A stretch of DNA of 49,122 bases, from the IMG/VR virus record IMGVR_UViG_3300006224_000002, positions 1 to 49,122 of that record, one strand, 5' to 3'. The position numbers and the translations under genes are program-made. The notes below the pieces were generated by a model. It did no database searches and was not told the origin of the DNA. It saw only the letters and a program-made list of their open reading frames with translations. Every line of letters starts with the position of its first letter. Position 1 is the first letter of the stretch. Of the stretch, positions 44,979 through 49,122 are shown piece after piece. The DNA comes from a virus. Lineage: Duplodnaviria; Caudoviricetes.

Positions 44979-45548
44979 ATGGCGTGGGATGATACAAAGG
45001 CATCTGACGGGACTCTGACGGCTGCGGAATGGAATGCACACGTTACAGACCAGAAAACAAGAGTGCCTGCATCCGGCGGGACGTTCAGTGGCCATATAAA
45101 CGTCCCATCTGGAGCTACGGGTACGCAGGTCCCGCAGGCAACAGAAGTCATGCCGAAGACGGGCGGCACATTCTCAGGACACATAACAGTTCCTGCAGGC
45201 GCAACCGGATCCCAGGTTCCCAGGGCATCCGAAGTAATCACCGTTGCAGGAGGTACACTAACCGGCGCATTAGCCGTTCCTGCAGGCGCAGCCGGGTCTC
45301 AGGTTCCGAGGGTGTCTGAAGTGCTCAAGAAAACAGAAATAACGTCTGGTACCACCTCTATACTTCCTGAGACTTCATCCATAGTAGTTAATCATAATAT
45401 AGGGTCTACTCCCACTTTTATCGGGGTTACTCCTGCTACTGGGTTTGTCGAGTGGCGGGTATCGGCTGTTACATCCACCACTTTTACGATTGAAATAAGC
45501 GCACCGCAACCTTCTGGTGTCACGTTTATGTGGTCAGCGAGGGTCTAA
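44979..45548 (+). CDS. Short tail-fibre-like protein with three tandem ~27-aa repeats
   Basis: GGTFSGHINVPSGATGTQVPQATEV x3; C-terminal VNHNIGSTP...VTSTTFTI...FMWSA domain. Confidence 0.68.
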   Translation: MAWDDTKASDGTLTAAEWNAHVTDQKTRVPASGGTFSGHINVPSGATGTQVPQATEVMPKTGGTFSGHITVPAGATGSQVPRASEVITVAGGTLTGALAVPAGAAGSQVPRVSEVLKKTEITSGTTSILPETSSIVVNHNIGSTPTFIGVTPATGFVEWRVSAVTSTTFTIEISAPQPSGVTFMWSARV

Positions 45549-45552
45549 AATT

Positions 45553-45855
45553 ATGAAAGAATTAGATGAATATATGTTGAATGTTTTGATAAGTATGCTG
45601 TTGGTCAATCTCATCATTGTTGTTATGATGTATGTTGATGCGAGAAGATACGATCCGAAAGTGCGCTTTGAACCGAAATATGCGATATTTGCTATTGCGG
45701 GCGCACTCGTCGGATGGATAGTTTTCATGCCGCTGATGTTTTTTACAGATTCGTTCATAACAATACTTACCAGCACCGCATTTACCGGGCTTGGTGGCAT
45801 GGGTCTGATCGAGAAAATAAGTAAGGTGAAGTCTTTCCGAGGTGAAATGAAATGA
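45553..45855 (+). CDS. Three-TM membrane protein (holin candidate)
   Basis: Three hydrophobic segments, basic C-terminus, ATGA-coupled to the beta-helix gene. Confidence 0.55.
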   Translation: MKELDEYMLNVLISMLLVNLIIVVMMYVDARRYDPKVRFEPKYAIFAIAGALVGWIVFMPLMFFTDSFITILTSTAFTGLGGMGLIEKISKVKSFRGEMK

Positions 45856-47453
45856 GAAAAATATTATTAATCCTGTTGCTGTTCTTAATGACTGTAATTC
45901 CAGCATCAGCTACGAATTATTATGTCCGCACGGATGGGAACAATGCCTGTAACGGTCTGTACAATAACGGCGGGTCGTCCGGAAACTGTGCATGGAGAAA
46001 TATAGATTATGCTGCCGATTCTGCCAGGCCTGTTACTGCAGGCGATACAGTCTATGTGGGCAGCGGGGAATACAACGAGGATGTAACTTTTGATAAATCC
46101 GGTACTGCTGGGAATTATATCACGTTCGTTTCACAGACCAAATACGGAGCGATCATCGATGGCACAGGCGCGGGAATAGGGAATACGTGGGGTAGCGGAG
46201 TTGTCATAATCAATAACAAGGATTATATTAATATATCTGGTTTTGAGATACGGGATTCTCCATATTGGGGTATTGGTGTTCATGGTGGTTCGAGCTATAT
46301 CACGATTCATAACAATTACATACATGCTACTGCATCGAGCGGGATTCTTGCAGATGGCATGGATCACCTGACAGTTTCATACAACAATATGACGAATGTC
46401 CAAACACTAGCTGGCGGGATTGGTCAGGATAATGAAGGGTTTTCATTAATCAACGTAAATACATTCAATATCGAACACAATATCATGTGGGACCAGGCAA
46501 ATTTTGAAACTATAGATGTAAAATTTAATTCGATCTGGGGGGATATCCATAGCAATGATATCTCTGGATGTCACAGTGCCTGCATATATCTGGATGCTTA
46601 TGGTGGTGAAGAATATGAGAATAATGTATATCATAACTGGCTTCATGATAGCGCAGAAGCAAGTGCGAGAGGTATTGCAATAGCGGCAGAATCTACCGGG
46701 GGCAATATCCATGATATTGATATATTTAATAATTTTATTGATGACATGGGTGCGGAAGGTATAGATATCGCACACTATTCCGTGGGCCCGGTAAATAACA
46801 TTATTATCAATTCGAATACAATCAACCGAGGAGGCCAGGTCAGTTCGTGGGGTGGTGGATTCAGATGCGGCTATGCTTCAGCAACGAATGTACATTTCAG
46901 GAATAATATCGTTAGTAATTCATTAAATTACCAGATACGGGTAGATGGCTCATGTGGAGCTACCGTAACAAATAATTTGATATACAGCTATCTTGGTTAT
47001 TCGGGGGAAACGCGGGGTACTTATTATGTCGAAGGAAACCCGCAGTTCACGGGAACGGGTGAACCGCCGTTCAGGCTCACCTCTGGAAGTCCTGCGAGAG
47101 ATGCGGGGACTGCGACCGAAGCACCAACAACAGACTATTTTGGCATAGCCAGACCCCAAGGGAGCGGTTATGATATAGGTGCGGCTGAATTCGAAGGGTC
47201 TGTGCCTACACCAACCCCTCAACCAACGACGACCCCCCCGGGAGGATTTAGTATTGATACTCGTCGTGTTGCTGGATACACTGTATGGGGGTATGAATTA
47301 TATCTTGCTGATATACGGAGTTTGATAGATGCATTATGGGTCACTGCTCATCATTTACAGGTGGATGACCTGGCAGGTACTGGAGATAGTGCATTCGTAT
47401 GTACGGATAGTTCAGGAACGGTGTTTCGCAAATCTACCCCTTGTAGCCAATAA
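45852..47453 (+). CDS. Secreted right-handed beta-helix protein (pectin-lyase-like fold)
   Basis: Signal peptide; TNYYVRTDGN, AGDTVYVGSGEY, repeated I.I.NN.I strands, FRLTSGSPARDAG...RPQGSGYDIGAAE. Confidence 0.82.
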   Translation: MRKILLILLLFLMTVIPASATNYYVRTDGNNACNGLYNNGGSSGNCAWRNIDYAADSARPVTAGDTVYVGSGEYNEDVTFDKSGTAGNYITFVSQTKYGAIIDGTGAGIGNTWGSGVVIINNKDYINISGFEIRDSPYWGIGVHGGSSYITIHNNYIHATASSGILADGMDHLTVSYNNMTNVQTLAGGIGQDNEGFSLINVNTFNIEHNIMWDQANFETIDVKFNSIWGDIHSNDISGCHSACIYLDAYGGEEYENNVYHNWLHDSAEASARGIAIAAESTGGNIHDIDIFNNFIDDMGAEGIDIAHYSVGPVNNIIINSNTINRGGQVSSWGGGFRCGYASATNVHFRNNIVSNSLNYQIRVDGSCGATVTNNLIYSYLGYSGETRGTYYVEGNPQFTGTGEPPFRLTSGSPARDAGTATEAPTTDYFGIARPQGSGYDIGAAEFEGSVPTPTPQPTTTPPGGFSIDTRRVAGYTVWGYELYLADIRSLIDALWVTAHHLQVDDLAGTGDSAFVCTDSSGTVFRKSTPCSQ

Positions 47454-47456
47454 ACC

Positions 47457-48416
47457 ATGTCTACATCACAGTTTCCCTGGACGTTCCCAATAACCTTCGG
47501 TGATGGTGGAGGGGATGTTGAACCCGTCACTTCAGACGCATCTATGGAATGGGTCAAGGAAACCACGTTCGGAACATTTCCCACGAATCCTACGATGATA
47601 AGTGCGCTCATCCAGAACGCTACTGTGAATATTCGGGGTAGACATTTTGAATATCAGAATATAACAAACGATGTCACAACTGGGTTGCCTCTGCAGTTTG
47701 CCGGGTCGATCAAGACAGGGCATGATATTGATGTTTCGTTCGAGTACATCCCGCAGGAATGGCAGCTCTGGAAATATGCGATTAACAGCGCAGGGAACGG
47801 AACTACCACAAAGGACGGAGCCCCGATAGCCATTGGGATTGGTGCAGATAGCCATTTCGCTAAATTATCCGGGCTGAAGATCAGGAACATTTCATGCAGA
47901 ATAACTTCAGATAGACTTGCGCGATGTAATATATCTCTGGACGGTGCGCATATCGAGACATCATCGAGCAATCCCTGGAGCCTGACGGATTATATCGGCA
48001 GTGGGGCCCATGCAACCGTATCCAGTTCACCCACCCCGATGTCGTGGGTGGACGTGGGAGTTACATGGGGGGGCGTGGTATTACCCAATTCAAACATTCA
48101 AGGACTGGAATTCGGGATATCGAATGAACTCTGGAAGGCACCCTCGTTCGCGACCTCGTTCAGTACAGGATATTGTAATATCTATCCAGTTAAAAGGACG
48201 TTCAGTGTTAAGGTGAAGGTCCAGAAGAAACTTATTGATTCTCTGAGTGATAAAGCCGTCCTGCAAACTGCACAAACTCTCGTAGTTACTATGCGAGGAA
48301 CGACATTTACCTTTTCGAATGCGATCCTGGCAGAAGACACGTTCAAACCTGATGCGGAGAATTATAATTTCTATGATCTTAATTTCGTTGGAATGACTGA
48401 CCTGGTGATAGCTTAG
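47457..48416 (+). CDS. Second tail-tube-like protein (paralogue of 43412-44338)
   Basis: Shared GTFPTNP, IKTG...EYIP, AK(I/L)SG, PW..TDY.GSG.HA and TF.NA motifs. Confidence 0.72.
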   Translation: MSTSQFPWTFPITFGDGGGDVEPVTSDASMEWVKETTFGTFPTNPTMISALIQNATVNIRGRHFEYQNITNDVTTGLPLQFAGSIKTGHDIDVSFEYIPQEWQLWKYAINSAGNGTTTKDGAPIAIGIGADSHFAKLSGLKIRNISCRITSDRLARCNISLDGAHIETSSSNPWSLTDYIGSGAHATVSSSPTPMSWVDVGVTWGGVVLPNSNIQGLEFGISNELWKAPSFATSFSTGYCNIYPVKRTFSVKVKVQKKLIDSLSDKAVLQTAQTLVVTMRGTTFTFSNAILAEDTFKPDAENYNFYDLNFVGMTDLVIA

Positions 48417-48424
48417 GGAGGAAT

Positions 48425-48721
48425 ATGGCAATAGATTATACTGCGTTGACTAAAAAAGATCTCATTGATATGCTGATGTTGAGGGATGCAAGTACAGATG
48501 ACTTGAAAGTAATGGATATTAAGATTGAGAAGTTGACCGCGCATAAAACAAAACTATTGATGCGAAGACAAGAACTGGCAAGTATGGTAAACAATCTGTC
48601 CGAGGACGAGAAGCAGGATGTCTTAGCTGGCCTGCAGAACAGGATCAATAAAACAGATGCGGAACTTGTCGCACTTACCGACCTGAAGACAAAATTAACT
48701 GAACCGGAGGCAATTTTATAA
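48425..48721 (+). CDS. Coiled-coil hypothetical protein
   Basis: GGAGG SD; heptad pattern. Confidence 0.55.
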   Translation: MAIDYTALTKKDLIDMLMLRDASTDDLKVMDIKIEKLTAHKTKLLMRRQELASMVNNLSEDEKQDVLAGLQNRINKTDAELVALTDLKTKLTEPEAIL

Positions 48722-48746
48722 TGGAATTTGGCCGGGGGTGTGCCCA

Positions 48747-49122
48747 ATGGTAGTTGTAGATGAGCTGGTTATCCGCGTAAGGGCTGATCCATCAGGTGTA
48801 GCTTCAGGTATGGCTCAGGCATCGGCTGCCACAACAAGTTTTACGAATCAATTATCTAAATCTGCTGCTGGGTTTGCAACGGTTGGTTTTGCAGTTGATC
48901 GGGCGATGAATATGCTTGACAGATTTGAGATTTCTCAGATCACTGTTGAGAATGCCATAATCCGGGTGACTAATGCGCAGGAGAATCTCAGGCAGGCCAC
49001 GGAGAAGTATGGCGAAGGGTCAGAACAGGCTGCAGATGCATCCAGGCAGCTTGAGGTTGCGCAGAATAACCTAGACCGGACCAATATCCGGGCAAACTCG
49101 TCCATGGTAATGATCGGGTTAT
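48747..49122 (+). CDS. Tape-measure-like protein, N-terminal part (absent from the ORF track)
   Basis: MVVVDELVIRVRADPSGVASGM...ATEKYGEGSEQA...NIRANSSMVMIGL is a typical TMP start, open to the window end and in frame with position 1. Confidence 0.75.
   Translation, partial: MVVVDELVIRVRADPSGVASGMAQASAATTSFTNQLSKSAAGFATVGFAVDRAMNMLDRFEISQITVENAIIRVTNAQENLRQATEKYGEGSEQAADASRQLEVAQNNLDRTNIRANSSMVMIGL
49083..49122. repeat. Terminal direct repeat, copy 2
   Basis: Identical to 1-40. Confidence 0.97.

Noticed and set aside
44979-47453. Diversity-generating retroelement acting on fibre genes
   Set aside because: No reverse transcriptase and no TR/VR pair with adenine-specific differences was seen.

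Overview
This window is very likely the complete circular(ly permuted) ~49.08-kb genome of a temperate head-tail virus (Caudoviricetes, siphovirus-like). Bases 1-40 repeat exactly at 49083-49122, and one tape-measure-like ORF reads through the junction. The host is inferred to be a Methanosarcinales archaeon (possibly Methanoperedenaceae), from TATA-type promoters, RHH regulators and N-sequon-rich secreted proteins with a disaggregatase-related repeat. Modules in order: tail tip; an intact tnpB without tnpA; a tyrosine integrase; a divergent two-RHH switch with three operators; an early region (Bet/RecT, wHTHs, ASCH, HNH, a TGTTTACA iteron array, Dam); packaging and head genes; an ~11-kb adhesin/glycoprotein block; two minus-strand moron islands; and neck and tail genes (two tail-tube paralogues, a -1 frameshift chaperone). 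The most striking signal is a ~100-bp covarying cassette in front of four nuclease genes (tnpB and three HNH-like genes): TAC-stem-A6-[copy of the gene's own leader/SD]-stem-GCATA...ATATTA...[leader]-ATG. It looks like a divergently transcribed antisense hairpin RNA tailored to silence each nuclease. All protein calls come from motif recognition and gene order by eye; no database searches were run.
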